Below are positions 28,627-38,987 of a DNA stretch of 51,909 bases, one piece after another. Below the pieces are notes generated by a model, which was given only the letters and a program-made list of their open reading frames with translations, searched no databases and was not told where the DNA came from. The DNA is from a candidate division WOR-3 bacterium (GTDB taxonomy: Bacteria; Hydrothermota; UBA3072; B12-G15). The stretch is from NCBI GenBank assembly GCA_965649055.1, contig CBFGJG010000002.1, forward strand, positions 1-51,909. Direction: 5' to 3'. Made by a program: the position numbers and the translations under genes. The stretch's first letter is position 1. Each line of letters starts with the position of its first letter.

Positions 28627-29509
28627 TATATATTACCTCCTTTATACTCCCTTTTTCTTTTAATAATAAAATCGTCTTGTCTATTTCCTTCCTGTCTTTT
28701 TTTACCATAAGATATATATCTTCTTTCCTTAAAGGTCTTACTTTTATTGTCTTCAAAATTAAATTTTCAATGTCTATACCCATTTTATTACCTTTGAATT
28801 TTGAAATTATCTCTGCTTTTTCACCGATATTTTCCTTAAATCTTATCATTACTTCTTCACTTACAGGTTCAAAATCAAGCTGTGGTGGTCTGTCTATTGT
28901 ATTAAGATGAATTCTATCAGGATTTATCTTTCTTATTATTTCTATGAATCTGTTTATATTTTCAAAATTATCATTTATGCCTTTAACAAGAAATATCTCA
29001 AGAAAATATTTACCTTTAAATTCTTCTCTAAATTTTATCAAACCTTCAAGGTATAAAGGGAAGATTATATTTTTTTCTGGTCTTGAAATTTTAATAAAGG
29101 TATCTTCATCAACAGCATTCAACGAAGGCTCTACAATATCTGCATATAATAGTTCTTCTCTTACTTCTTTCATCCATAGAAGAGAACCATTGGTTAGAAC
29201 AACAACAGGAATACTGTTGTATTTCTTTTTAAGATATCTTATCATACTACCAATTTCTGAATTTAGAGTGGGTTCACCCGAACCTGCAAATGTTATAAAA
29301 TCCACCCTGATATCCTCTGTGAAAAATTTTTCAAGTTCAATCTTTAAATCTTCAAGTTTTATAAAATTTTTTCTCTCGGATGTAATATTGTTAGTAATAC
29401 CAACTTCGCAGAAAACACAATTAAAAGAACAGGTTTTTTTAGGAATTATGTCAAGACCGAGTGATAAACCATATCTACGAGAAGGAACAGGACCAAATAC
29501 TATTCCCAT
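28598..29509 (-). CDS. Radical SAM protein
   Basis: FGPVPSRRYGLSLG, CSFNCVFC, GSGEPTL. Confidence 0.92.
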   Translation of the reverse strand: MGIVFGPVPSRRYGLSLGLDIIPKKTCSFNCVFCEVGITNNITSERKNFIKLEDLKIELEKFFTEDIRVDFITFAGSGEPTLNSEIGSMIRYLKKKYNSIPVVVLTNGSLLWMKEVREELLYADIVEPSLNAVDEDTFIKISRPEKNIIFPLYLEGLIKFREEFKGKYFLEIFLVKGINDNFENINRFIEIIRKINPDRIHLNTIDRPPQLDFEPVSEEVMIRFKENIGEKAEIISKFKGNKMGIDIENLILKTIKVRPLRKEDIYLMVKKDRKEIDKTILLLKEKGSIKEVIYNGEEYIQGV

Positions 29510-29511
29510 TT

Positions 29512-30030
29512 TTATTTTTTTTCTTCTTTAAATACGCTCCTACCCTTTTTTGTCTTTACCTCCATCTCAACTGGGAATTTTTCATCAAAAGAATAAAGCA
29601 CATTCATCACATCATCAACATTTTTTGCATTAATAAGTTCTGATCTATAGTTTTTTGTTTTTAACATCTTTGCTATCTTTGCAATAACCTGTAAATATTC
29701 TTTCTTAACATCGTTTGGAGCAGCAATTAGAAATACAAGATTTACCGGTTTTTTATCAACCGCATTAAAATCAATCCCATCTTTTGATATTCCGAGAACT
29801 ACTGATATTTTTTTAACATCGCCTCTTGCGTGCGGAAGGGCAATACCATCCCCAATACCAGTGCTCTCAATATTTTCTCTATCAATTATTTTCTTTACAA
29901 AATCATCAACATCATTTACCAATTTAAGATTATTAAGATGTTTGACCATCTCTTTAATAACGCCATCTCTCGTATTATTTTTCAGATTCATAATAATCTT
30001 ATCCTTCGTAATAATATCAGACAATAACAT
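29512..30030 (-). CDS. PTS EIIA (fructose/nitrogen-regulatory type)
   Basis: RENIESTGIGDGIALPHAR, GIDFNAVD. Confidence 0.9.
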   Translation of the reverse strand: MLLSDIITKDKIIMNLKNNTRDGVIKEMVKHLNNLKLVNDVDDFVKKIIDRENIESTGIGDGIALPHARGDVKKISVVLGISKDGIDFNAVDKKPVNLVFLIAAPNDVKKEYLQVIAKIAKMLKTKNYRSELINAKNVDDVMNVLYSFDEKFPVEMEVKTKKGRSVFKEEKK

Positions 30031-30143
30031 TAATACCTCCTTTCATATATTTATAGACAGATTTAATTTCTTTATTGTTCATCATTTAATATAATATCTT
30101 TTTATCAATTATGTCAAGGATAAATTAAAAAATAATTAAAAAG

Positions 30144-30565
30144 TTGGGGTCAGTCATAAACTTTCAACTTTTCTATTACGAGAAGTCATTACGAGCATTG
30201 AGTATTATTACATAATTTCTAAACTTAATGCGTGGTAATCTCGGTGTCTAAAAGAATTGGAAAGGATGGGATTGCCACGTCGCTAAGCGACTCGCAATGA
30301 CAAATAAAGGAAGGGGTTCCCACACCTTTCTTCGAAAGATTCGGAATGACATCTTGCGATGTCGCACTTTTTGCCCTGTCCCTAAAATGTTGATTTTTAT
30401 TCAATCTTTAATTAATAATAAAATTCATCAAGAACATAGAAAATGTCAATTTTTAATGTAAGGTAATCACGGATAACAAAATAAAAATCTATTATAAATT
30501 TTGAAAATGCTTATATAATTCCTACTCTAAATTTGACATATCTTAGTAGTCCATAATGACTATTT
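30144..30565. repeat. Composite intergenic repeat cassette C
   Basis: Exact 29-mer at 30144-30172; inverted REP-like doublet at 30185-30302; module at 30313-30351; 30365-30430 matches the reverse complement of 838-907; 30501-30563 resembles the reverse complement of 403-467. Confidence 0.8.
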
Positions 30566-30610
30566 TTTTATAATAATGTGATAAATCTGTCTTTAGGATA
30601 AATAAGTTTT

Positions 30611-31303
30611 TCAAATTGAAAAAAATATGCTATTCATAAGTTGGGCATTTGAAAGCATATCTATATCATTATTAAAAAACAAAAAAACTTTTTCAGGTGA
30701 TTTTTTAACGATAATTTCTTTTATTTCATTAAGCTCTCTCTTTGTATAATTATGCTGATACCAGCCTTCTCTTCCATGAAACCTCAGATAGATTGTTCCA
30801 CTTGTGTTTACAATCTCTCTTGGAAGACCCGGGGCATCAACCGAAACAAATGTGATTTTTTTATCCTTTGCCCATTCATATATATCTTCTTTAAACCATT
30901 CCTTATTTCTTGGTTCAATAGCAATCTTTTCATCCATTGAAATTTTCCTGAGAAAATTTTCAATAACATTAATATACCCAGTATCCATCTTTGGGGGTAA
31001 CTGGAATAAATAGTAACAGATAATATCTTCCATTGGTTCAAATAATCCTCTGAATCTCCTGAAAATTTCAACTGATTCTTCACTGTATTTATGTATATGA
31101 CTAACCTGCCTTGATACCTTTATGCACCACTTTAAAGATTTCCCCTTTTCTCTCCATGATTTAATCATATTCCTGAAAGGGAACCTATAAAAAGATGCAT
31201 TAAGTTCAATAGCATTTAGACCTGTATTTTCAACATACCAATCAAGTGAATTCCCTTCATTCCAGAAATATTTCCATCCCGAAGTCCCGATATAAACTTC
31301 CAT
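30611..31303 (-). CDS. DUF72 domain-containing protein
   Basis: YIGTSGW, IELNASFY, LFQLPP, YLRFHGR, FFNND. Confidence 0.92.
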   Translation of the reverse strand: MEVYIGTSGWKYFWNEGNSLDWYVENTGLNAIELNASFYRFPFRNMIKSWREKGKSLKWCIKVSRQVSHIHKYSEESVEIFRRFRGLFEPMEDIICYYLFQLPPKMDTGYINVIENFLRKISMDEKIAIEPRNKEWFKEDIYEWAKDKKITFVSVDAPGLPREIVNTSGTIYLRFHGREGWYQHNYTKRELNEIKEIIVKKSPEKVFLFFNNDIDMLSNAQLMNSIFFSI

Positions 31304-31309
31304 ATAATA

Positions 31310-31379
31310 TAATTATATTTTTATCTTTTGAAGTCAATATAAAATTTTTATTGATTTTTTTTTAAAATCACTTTATAAT
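31310..31379. promoter_or_regulatory. Divergent, probably leaderless promoters for DUF72 and gpsA
   Basis: (-) TTGACT 28 nt before ATG 31303; (+) TTGATT-N17-TATAAT-N7-ATG. Confidence 0.55.
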
Positions 31380-31386
31380 TTTTATT

Positions 31387-32373
31387 ATGGAAGTTATAGT
31401 TATAGGTGCAGGGAACTGGGGCACAGCCTTCAGTCTATATCTTCATAAAATTGGTGTTAAAACTACGATTTATGAATATTTTGAAGATAGGGTAAAAAAA
31501 ATAAAAGATAAGAGAGAGAATGTTGATTTTCTTCCGGGATATAAGATTCCGGAGGAAATAAATATCACAAATGATATAGACGAAATAAAGGGAAAGGAAT
31601 TTATATTCATTGCGTTGCCATCCCACACAATTGACAATATAACAAAAATGATTTCTAAATACTACAATAAAAAACAGATTATTGTATCACTTTCAAAAGG
31701 GATTGAACCAAGGACATTAAGAAGAATATCCCAGATTATAGAAAATAATATTCCGACGAAAAACATAACTACTCTTTCAGGACCATCTATTGCAAGGGAA
31801 GTCGCAATGGGTGTTCCAACAACGCTTGTTGCATCATCAAAAAGACTTGAACTTGCAAGGAAGGTTCAGAAATGTTTTTCAAGTGAATTCATAAGGATTT
31901 ATACCTCTAAAGATATAACCGGTGTAGAACTTGGTGGTTCTTTAAAAAATATCTACGCTATAGCAGCTGGAATTGTTGATGGCCTTAATCTTGGTATGAA
32001 TGCAAAAGCAGCATTAATAACAAGGGCACTCGCAGAGATGAAAAGACTTGGTGTTGCAATGGGTGGAAGGATTGAAACCTTCAATGGTCTCTCAGGAACA
32101 GGGGATTTGATAGTTACAGCATTCAGTGATTTTTCAAGGAATCATTATGTCGGTAGAGAACTCGGGAAAGGGAGAAAGATTCAGGATATATTAAAAGATA
32201 TGAAAGAAGTTGCAGAGGGTGTTAACACAACTCTTTCAGTAAAGAAACTTTCAAAAAAGTATCGTGTTGAATTACCTATAGCAGAAGAGGTTTACAAGGT
32301 TTTATTTGAAAATGAAAAGCCTGAAAATTCAATCAAAAAACTTATGAAGAGAACATTGAAGGGGGAAGATTGA
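31387..32373 (+). CDS. gpsA: NAD(P)H-dependent glycerol-3-phosphate dehydrogenase
   Basis: GAGNWGTA, SKGIE, LSGPS, GVELGGSLKN, GDLIVT, SRN. Confidence 0.96.
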   Translation: MEVIVIGAGNWGTAFSLYLHKIGVKTTIYEYFEDRVKKIKDKRENVDFLPGYKIPEEINITNDIDEIKGKEFIFIALPSHTIDNITKMISKYYNKKQIIVSLSKGIEPRTLRRISQIIENNIPTKNITTLSGPSIAREVAMGVPTTLVASSKRLELARKVQKCFSSEFIRIYTSKDITGVELGGSLKNIYAIAAGIVDGLNLGMNAKAALITRALAEMKRLGVAMGGRIETFNGLSGTGDLIVTAFSDFSRNHYVGRELGKGRKIQDILKDMKEVAEGVNTTLSVKKLSKKYRVELPIAEEVYKVLFENEKPENSIKKLMKRTLKGED

Positions 32374-32666
32374 TAGAGAAATTCTTTTATTCAATAAAGG
32401 AAGTATCTGAAATATTGAATGTCCCAAAATCCACAATAAGGTTCTGGGAAAAAAAATTCAAGGAGATAAATCCTCAAAGAACATCCGGGAAAAGGAGGCT
32501 TTATACAAAAGAAGATATTGAAATACTAAAAAAGATAAAGTCTCTTCTATACGATGAAGGTCTATCAATAGAAGGTGCAAGGAAAAAATTTCATTTTAAA
32601 AAAGCAGGTTTTGACGAAATAATAACACAGCTTGAAATAATAAAAAAAATATTGGAGGGAAAATGA
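32370..32666 (+). CDS. MerR family transcriptional regulator
   Basis: YSIKEVS...TIRFWE...RRLY...GLSIEGA. Confidence 0.9.
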   Translation: MIEKFFYSIKEVSEILNVPKSTIRFWEKKFKEINPQRTSGKRRLYTKEDIEILKKIKSLLYDEGLSIEGARKKFHFKKAGFDEIITQLEIIKKILEGK

Positions 32667-34231
32667 TAGAGATAAAAAACGCATTAATAAGCACAGCAAA
32701 CAAAGAAGGCATACTGGAACTTGCTAAGTTCCTTGAAAAAAATGGTGTGAACATACTATCAACATCCGGGACATATAAATTTTTAACCGATAATGGAATA
32801 AAGAATGTCTTAAGTATATCCGATTATACCGAAACTGATGAGATGATTGGTGGGAGAGTCAAAACATTACATCCGAATATTTTTGCCGGTATCATGGCAA
32901 ACAGGACAAACGAAACGCATATGATTGAACTCAAAGAGAAAAATATACTTCCGATTGACCTTGTTGTTGTAAATCTTTATCCTTTTGAAAAAGGATTATC
33001 TGAAAACCTTGATAATGAAAAAATGATTGAATTGATTGATATAGGTGGGGTAAGTTTACTGAGGGCAGCTGCTAAAAACTACTCCTCCTGTCTTGTCCTG
33101 ACAGATGAAAATGATTACAGAGATTTTATGAATGAGTTTGAACTTAATGGGGGTAAGATACCTCTACAGTTCAGAATTGAAAAGGCGCTGAAAGTCTTTT
33201 ATCTAACCTCTGAGTATGATTCACTGATAGCAAGTTATCTTTCAAAAGAAAGTGGTATATCGAAAAAGATGGAAGATATGCCTGTGATATTTTCTCTTAA
33301 TCTCAAAAAAATTCAGGACTTAAGATATGGAGAAAATCCGCATCAGAAGGCGTCTCTCTACGAATGGAAAGAAGAAAGATTTTCATTAACCAATGCAATC
33401 CAGTTAAATGGAAAAGAAATGTCTTATAATAATTATGTCGATGCAGATACTGCATTGAATATTGTCCTTGAGTTTGATAAACCTTCCTGTGCAATAATTA
33501 AACATTCTACGCCATGCGGTGTTGCCTGTGGCGATAACGTTAATGATGCATTCAATAAAGCATATATTACAGACCCTGTTTCAGCATTTGGTGGAATAGT
33601 AGCATTTAATAAACCAGTTGATTTGCTCACAGCAAATGACATGTCTTCTATGTTTTTTGAGGTCATTATAGCACCGGATTTTGAAGAAGATGCCCTTAAC
33701 GTTTTCAAAACAAAGAAAAATCTAAGGGTTTTGAAGGTTGATTTATCTAAGCCTTTAAATAAGCCATACATTGTTATCCAGAAAATCGCCGGTGGTCTCC
33801 TGGTTCAGGAAGGTAATTATGAAATAGAAGACCCAACAAAATGGGAGGTTGTATCAGATAGAGAACCTACTGAATCCGAAATGGAAGCAGCAATATTTGC
33901 ATGGAAGGTTGTGAAATGGGTTAAATCGAATGGGATTGTTATAGCATCAAAATATATGACATTCGGTATCGGTTCAGGTCAACCTTCAAGGATAGGTTCG
34001 GCAGAAATAGCAATAAATAAGGCACACAATCAGGGTAAATACACAGGTGGATGTGTCCTTGCCTCGGATGGATTTTTACCTTTTAGAGATACAGTTGATA
34101 TAGCGGCTGAAGCAGGTATCACTGCAATAATTGAACCAGGTGGTTCTATAAGAGACAAGGAAGTTATAGAGGCTTGCAATGAAAAAGATATTGCATTGAT
34201 ATTTACACATAGAAGAAGTTTCAGACACTAA
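32663..34231 (+). CDS. purH: Bifunctional AICAR transformylase/IMP cyclohydrolase
   Basis: GRVKTLHP, IDIGG, LRYGENPHQ, KHSTPCG, KSNGI. Confidence 0.97.
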   Translation: MIEIKNALISTANKEGILELAKFLEKNGVNILSTSGTYKFLTDNGIKNVLSISDYTETDEMIGGRVKTLHPNIFAGIMANRTNETHMIELKEKNILPIDLVVVNLYPFEKGLSENLDNEKMIELIDIGGVSLLRAAAKNYSSCLVLTDENDYRDFMNEFELNGGKIPLQFRIEKALKVFYLTSEYDSLIASYLSKESGISKKMEDMPVIFSLNLKKIQDLRYGENPHQKASLYEWKEERFSLTNAIQLNGKEMSYNNYVDADTALNIVLEFDKPSCAIIKHSTPCGVACGDNVNDAFNKAYITDPVSAFGGIVAFNKPVDLLTANDMSSMFFEVIIAPDFEEDALNVFKTKKNLRVLKVDLSKPLNKPYIVIQKIAGGLLVQEGNYEIEDPTKWEVVSDREPTESEMEAAIFAWKVVKWVKSNGIVIASKYMTFGIGSGQPSRIGSAEIAINKAHNQGKYTGGCVLASDGFLPFRDTVDIAAEAGITAIIEPGGSIRDKEVIEACNEKDIALIFTHRRSFRH

Positions 34232-34245
34232 AAACGGAGGGATAA

Positions 34246-35409
34246 ATGCATCACTATTACAATCTCAAAGAAGAAGAAATTATGATAAAAGAGGTTGCAA
34301 GAAAATTTGCAGAAGAAAAGTTAAAACCGGTAAGGCAGGAACTTGATGAAAAGGAAGAATTTCCTGAAGCTCTATTAAAAGAAGCGGGTTCACTTGATTT
34401 ATTAAGGGTTTTCATCCCTGAAGAATACGAAGGCTTAGGTCTTGGAATCATGGGAATGGTTGTTGCAACAGAAGAGATATCAAGGATTGATGGTGGATTT
34501 GCAACAAGTTATTCAGCAAATGGTCTTGGTGCTACACCTATAATTTTATTTGGGAATGAAGAACAAAAAAAGAAATATCTGCCAAAGATTGCAAGTGGTG
34601 AATTCTTTGCTGCTTTTGCATTAACCGAACCTGAAGCAGGTTCTGATGCTGGAAATGTCAAGACAAAGGCAATTAAAGATGGTAATGATTATGTCTTAAA
34701 TGGTAATAAAATATTTATAACCAATGGTGGTGTTGCGGATGTTTATGTTGTAATTGCATCAACTGACCCTGAAAGAGGGGAAAGGGGTCTTTCTGCATTT
34801 ATCGTTGAAAAAGGAACAAAAGGCTTCTCTTTTGGTAAGAAGGAACATAAGATGGGTATAAGGTCTTCTATGACAAGGGAACTTGTTTTCGAAGATTGCA
34901 GGATACCAAAAGAGAATTTGATTTCCAAGGAAGGATTTGGTTTTATTGTAACAATGAAAACATTTGATAAAACAAGGGTTGGGGTTGCAGCACAGGCAGT
35001 AGGTATAGCCCAGGGTGCCTTAGAAGAAGCACTTGCTTATTCAAATACAAGGATTCAATTTAAACAGAAAATATCAGAGTTTCAAGGTATACAATTCATG
35101 CTTGCAGATATGGCTACACAGATAGAGGCTGCAAGGGCTTTGACTTATACTGCTGCAAGGTATGTTGATAGCGATAAGAAAGATGCAGGTAAACTATCCG
35201 CAATGGCAAAGATGTTTGCAAGCGATGTTGCAATGAAGGTTACAACAGACGCTGTCCAGATTTTTGGTGGTTATGGATATATAAGGGAATATCCTGTTGA
35301 GAAGATGATGAGAGATGCAAAAATAACCCAGATTTACGAAGGAACAAATCAGATACAAAGGCTTGTTATTGCAAACCATCTTTTCAAAGAACTGATAAAG
35401 AAAGAATAA
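34246..35409 (+). CDS. Acyl-CoA dehydrogenase (butyryl-CoA dehydrogenase-like)
   Basis: FALTEPEAGSD, KIFITNG, QIFGGYGY, IYEGTNQIQR. Confidence 0.95.
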   Translation: MHHYYNLKEEEIMIKEVARKFAEEKLKPVRQELDEKEEFPEALLKEAGSLDLLRVFIPEEYEGLGLGIMGMVVATEEISRIDGGFATSYSANGLGATPIILFGNEEQKKKYLPKIASGEFFAAFALTEPEAGSDAGNVKTKAIKDGNDYVLNGNKIFITNGGVADVYVVIASTDPERGERGLSAFIVEKGTKGFSFGKKEHKMGIRSSMTRELVFEDCRIPKENLISKEGFGFIVTMKTFDKTRVGVAAQAVGIAQGALEEALAYSNTRIQFKQKISEFQGIQFMLADMATQIEAARALTYTAARYVDSDKKDAGKLSAMAKMFASDVAMKVTTDAVQIFGGYGYIREYPVEKMMRDAKITQIYEGTNQIQRLVIANHLFKELIKKE

Positions 35410-35438
35410 TTGGGGTCAGTCATAAACTTTCAACTTTT
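35410..35438 (+). repeat. Solo exact copy of the 29-bp GGGGTCAG element
   Basis: TTGGGGTCAGTCATAAACTTTCAACTTTT begins on the first base after the TAA stop. Confidence 0.9.
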
Positions 35439-35557
35439 GAAGAAAAATAGATAAATAGAGACATTCAACCGAAATAATTTTATATTAATTTGTTAATTAT
35501 GATACCTAATGGAATTTTCAGATTTTGTGCTCAAGACACAAAAATTTACTGTAAATT

Positions 35558-37322
35558 TTACCTTTTCACAATTAGTCTGTTAATTTTATTTAAGATTTTT
35601 TCCTTTAGATCTTCTGTGTATCCATTCTGTCTGAATACAATACAACCTTTACTATTAATTATCATATGTGCAGGTATTGCAAATACACGATATTTTTTAA
35701 AAATGTCACTATCAGTGATAACTATTTTATATTTAAATTCTACTCCTTCTGAAAATTTTTCAATATCTTCTTTCTTATCATATGTAACTGCAATAAAAAT
35801 AACATCATTATTATTCTTAAATTCTTCAACAATTTCATTCAATTCAGGTATCTCCTTCACACAAGGATTACAATTTATTGACCAAAAATTAAAAACAATA
35901 ATCTTACCTTTGTTTTCGGATAACCTGAATTTTTCACCTGATGCTGTAATACCTTCGAAATCAGGGGCAAGCGCAAATTCTTTCTTAACAATTTCTTCTA
36001 TTTTTTTTAATTTATTTTCAAAATCATCTTTGCATAAAACCTTTATAGAATCTCTTGCATCTTCTTTATCATAGATGAAATAAAGATATCCATAGATTTT
36101 TAGTGCATCCTGAATCTTTTTTGCTTTCTTAAGCCTTTCTGCCTTTTTGTAATAAAATTTTTCATCAAAATAAATATTCTCTTTGACATCTTCTTTAATC
36201 AGATTTATATAATGTGTTGCCTTTTCAGTATCTCCTTTTTTATCAAAATAGTCTGAAAGTATATCATATATCTGTGCTTTTTTACCTATAATATATTCAT
36301 GATAATTATAAGGATATCCATTAAAAAATAGATAACTTTTCCTCAGATATTCTTCATCATTTATCAATTTTTCAAGTTTTGATACAATCTCATCTATCTC
36401 TTTATATTCCTTTTTAGAAAAATAATTATAATATCTTATAAGAAAAATAACCTCTTCAAGCCATAAAAATCCTTCCTTTTCCCTTTACTTTATGTAATTA
36501 ATCATTGTATCAAATTCTGCAAATCTTGAAAACCTTGTCAAAACAAAAGACCTGAATTGTGGGATAAAAAAATCCACTCCATCCATCTTTATTCTTTTTA
36601 TATATTTATCCCTTTCATTTATTTTATAATTTTGATTATAAAGCTTAGAATAAATTGTAGCAATGTATTTATAGTTAGATTCTTCTTTTTTATCAATTAT
36701 TTTTGATAATTCTTCAATAAGTGATGAATCCTTTATAACATTGGAAATAATTATTCCATTATAAAGAAAAGATGGATTATCTTTTTCTTTTTTTAACATT
36801 TCTTTAATCTCTTTTATCACATCTTCTTTATTTATCTCACCTTTATAAAACCTATTAGAATATTTTAAAGATAGAAAATCATAATGTTCAGGATAATATT
36901 CTCTCTCTTTTTCCCATAATTCAAACTTCTTTTCTTCTTCGTATTCTTCAAAAGCACTTAACATAGAATAGGCGAAAGGCCTCGGTTTTCCGTCCTCTTC
37001 ATAGAATAAAATATGAAAAGATGTATCCCTTAAAAAACTATCTTTTTCTTCAAGTGTAAATAAAATAAATGCAGTCTTTTTATCCGGTTTAAATAAGTAT
37101 TCTTTCTTATTTTTTATAAACTTAACATTTGGTATTGTCCTTCTCAACGCACCTTCTGAAAGTTCTGCAATCCAGATATATCCTGTGAAATTTCTTGAAA
37201 ATTTGAGCTTTACAGTATCGTCTACCGTTGGCTTTTCAGGAATAATCTTAATACTTATTTCTTTGACTTGATTATTGCAGGAAATTATAAACAAAAAAAT
37301 TAAGAATAAGCTTTTTTTTCAA
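35558..37322 (-). pseudogene. Lipoprotein with C-terminal TlpA/redoxin domain, interrupted by an in-frame TAA and an A8 frameshift
   Basis: ORFs 36485-37294 and 35558-36367 share a frame, separated only by TAA 36485-36487; FNFWSINCNPC; lipobox IISC; TTG 37322 is one base out of frame. Confidence 0.8.
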
Positions 37323-37331
37323 ACTCACCCC

Positions 37332-38987
37332 CTAAATCTGTTTCTTCAAATATTCTATAACCTTATCACTCACCTCTTTACCTTTCCTTCTAACATCATC
37401 CAGTATTTCTTCTGCCTCTTTGTTTATCTTTTCCTTAAATTCTTTATCATTTATTCCTGCAAGATTGATTATAACATTCATATAAGAACCTTCTGCCGCT
37501 GTTATTGCATTTATTGCAGCAACACCTGCATCACTTATAGAATTTTTATTACCTTTTTCAGCAAGTATCTCTGCAATCTCTATTATCCCCCTTGTTTTCT
37601 TCAATGTTTCAAGTGGAACAAGGGTTGCCTTCTTTGTCGCTTCCTGAATCTTTTCCTCCCTTATCTTTTTCTCCTCATCTGTATTTTTTGGTAGTTTCAT
37701 TGCATTCATCACTTCATTAAATGCATCCGTATCTCTTTCAACGAGCTCAAGAAAACTATCCTTTAAAACCTGTGCCTTTTCCGCTATCTCTATCATATCA
37801 TCATTATAACTCTCATATCCTTTTTTGCCGAATGTCAGATTTGCAACCATTGAACATAAAGAAGAACCGAGTGAACCGCATAATGCAGCAACAGAACCAC
37901 CACCCGGTGCGGGTGAATCAGTTGATAATTCATCCATAAAATCTGTTATCTTCATTGAGACAAGTTTTTCTTTCTTTATTCTGTATTCTATAATTTTCTC
38001 TTCAGGTTTAAAAGGGCTTGTATGATTTAAACCAAGAGAAAGAACAGCAATATGTATAAGTTCTTTTTCAGGAACACCGCTTGATAAACCCTGTTTCCTT
38101 AAGTAATATTTTCCTGTCTCTATGAGTGCTTCTTTTGGTATCAAACCAACAAGTTCACTTCCAATAACCTTAACCCCCTCTTCTTCCGCAAGCAAAGAAG
38201 CAGATTCATAGAGTTTATAGAGCGGGGTTATCTTGTAATTTACAAGATTTACTGAAATTTGTGCATATCCATATTCAGGTATATACCATCCTATTGCCTT
38301 CACTGCCCTTAAAAGACCCGGAACTTCTATCTTGTTCCCATCTTTGTCTTTTACTATCTTTCCTTTCTCCCTTAAATTCTGGGCAATTCTGTTTGCAATC
38401 TTCTTATTCCTTGTGTTTAGATTTATATTGTATGCAATTAAGAATTCCCTTGCACCGATAATCGTTGCACCGGATTTAGGATTGAATTCAGGTTTACCAA
38501 AATCAGGATACCATTCAGGCTTTTTTATCTTCTCCGGTAAACCTTCATACTCACCTTCCCTTATATTTGCAAGGTTTCTTCTTTCTTCATTTGTCGCTGC
38601 TTCTTCATACAGATAAACAGGTATATTCAATTCATTTGCTACCATTTCGCCAAGTTCCCTTGCTATCTTAACACAATCTTCCATTGTGACACCTTTAACC
38701 GGGACAAAAGGGCATACATCAGTTGCACCCATCCTTGGATGTGCTCCTTTATGTTTACGCATATCTATAAGCTCGGATGCTTTTTTTATTGCATTGAATG
38801 CCGCTAATTTTACACCTTCAGGTGAACCTACAAATGTTACTACTGTTCTATTTGTTTCCTTACCGGGGTCTACATCAAGGAGATAAACATCCTGAACCTT
38901 TTCAATCTCATCTGTTATTGCCTTTATTATTCCCATATCCCTTCCTTCAGAAAAATTAGGAACACATTCTACTATCTTTTCCATCAA
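37332..38987 (-). CDS. ftcD: Glutamate formiminotransferase-cyclodeaminase (fused)
   Basis: VECVPNFSEGR, HKGAHPRMGATDV, PAPGGGSVAA. Confidence 0.95.
   Translation of the reverse strand: MMEKIVECVPNFSEGRDMGIIKAITDEIEKVQDVYLLDVDPGKETNRTVVTFVGSPEGVKLAAFNAIKKASELIDMRKHKGAHPRMGATDVCPFVPVKGVTMEDCVKIARELGEMVANELNIPVYLYEEAATNEERRNLANIREGEYEGLPEKIKKPEWYPDFGKPEFNPKSGATIIGAREFLIAYNINLNTRNKKIANRIAQNLREKGKIVKDKDGNKIEVPGLLRAVKAIGWYIPEYGYAQISVNLVNYKITPLYKLYESASLLAEEEGVKVIGSELVGLIPKEALIETGKYYLRKQGLSSGVPEKELIHIAVLSLGLNHTSPFKPEEKIIEYRIKKEKLVSMKITDFMDELSTDSPAPGGGSVAALCGSLGSSLCSMVANLTFGKKGYESYNDDMIEIAEKAQVLKDSFLELVERDTDAFNEVMNAMKLPKNTDEEKKIREEKIQEATKKATLVPLETLKKTRGIIEIAEILAEKGNKNSISDAGVAAINAITAAEGSYMNVIINLAGINDKEFKEKINKEAEEILDDVRRKGKEVSDKVIEYLKKQI

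Noticed and set aside
28944..29531. Long antisense ORFs (also 35490-36074, 40030-40518, 41057-41458)
   Set aside because: Shadows of well-supported genes on the opposite strand.
30017..30085. 22-codon upstream ORF overlapping the PTS EIIA start
   Set aside because: Promoter spacing is ambiguous and such ORFs arise by chance in AT-rich leaders; no supporting evidence.
7858..36487. Stop-codon recoding to explain in-frame stops
   Set aside because: The two stops differ (TAG, TAA), each gene has a second lesion, and all three stop codons end normal genes here.
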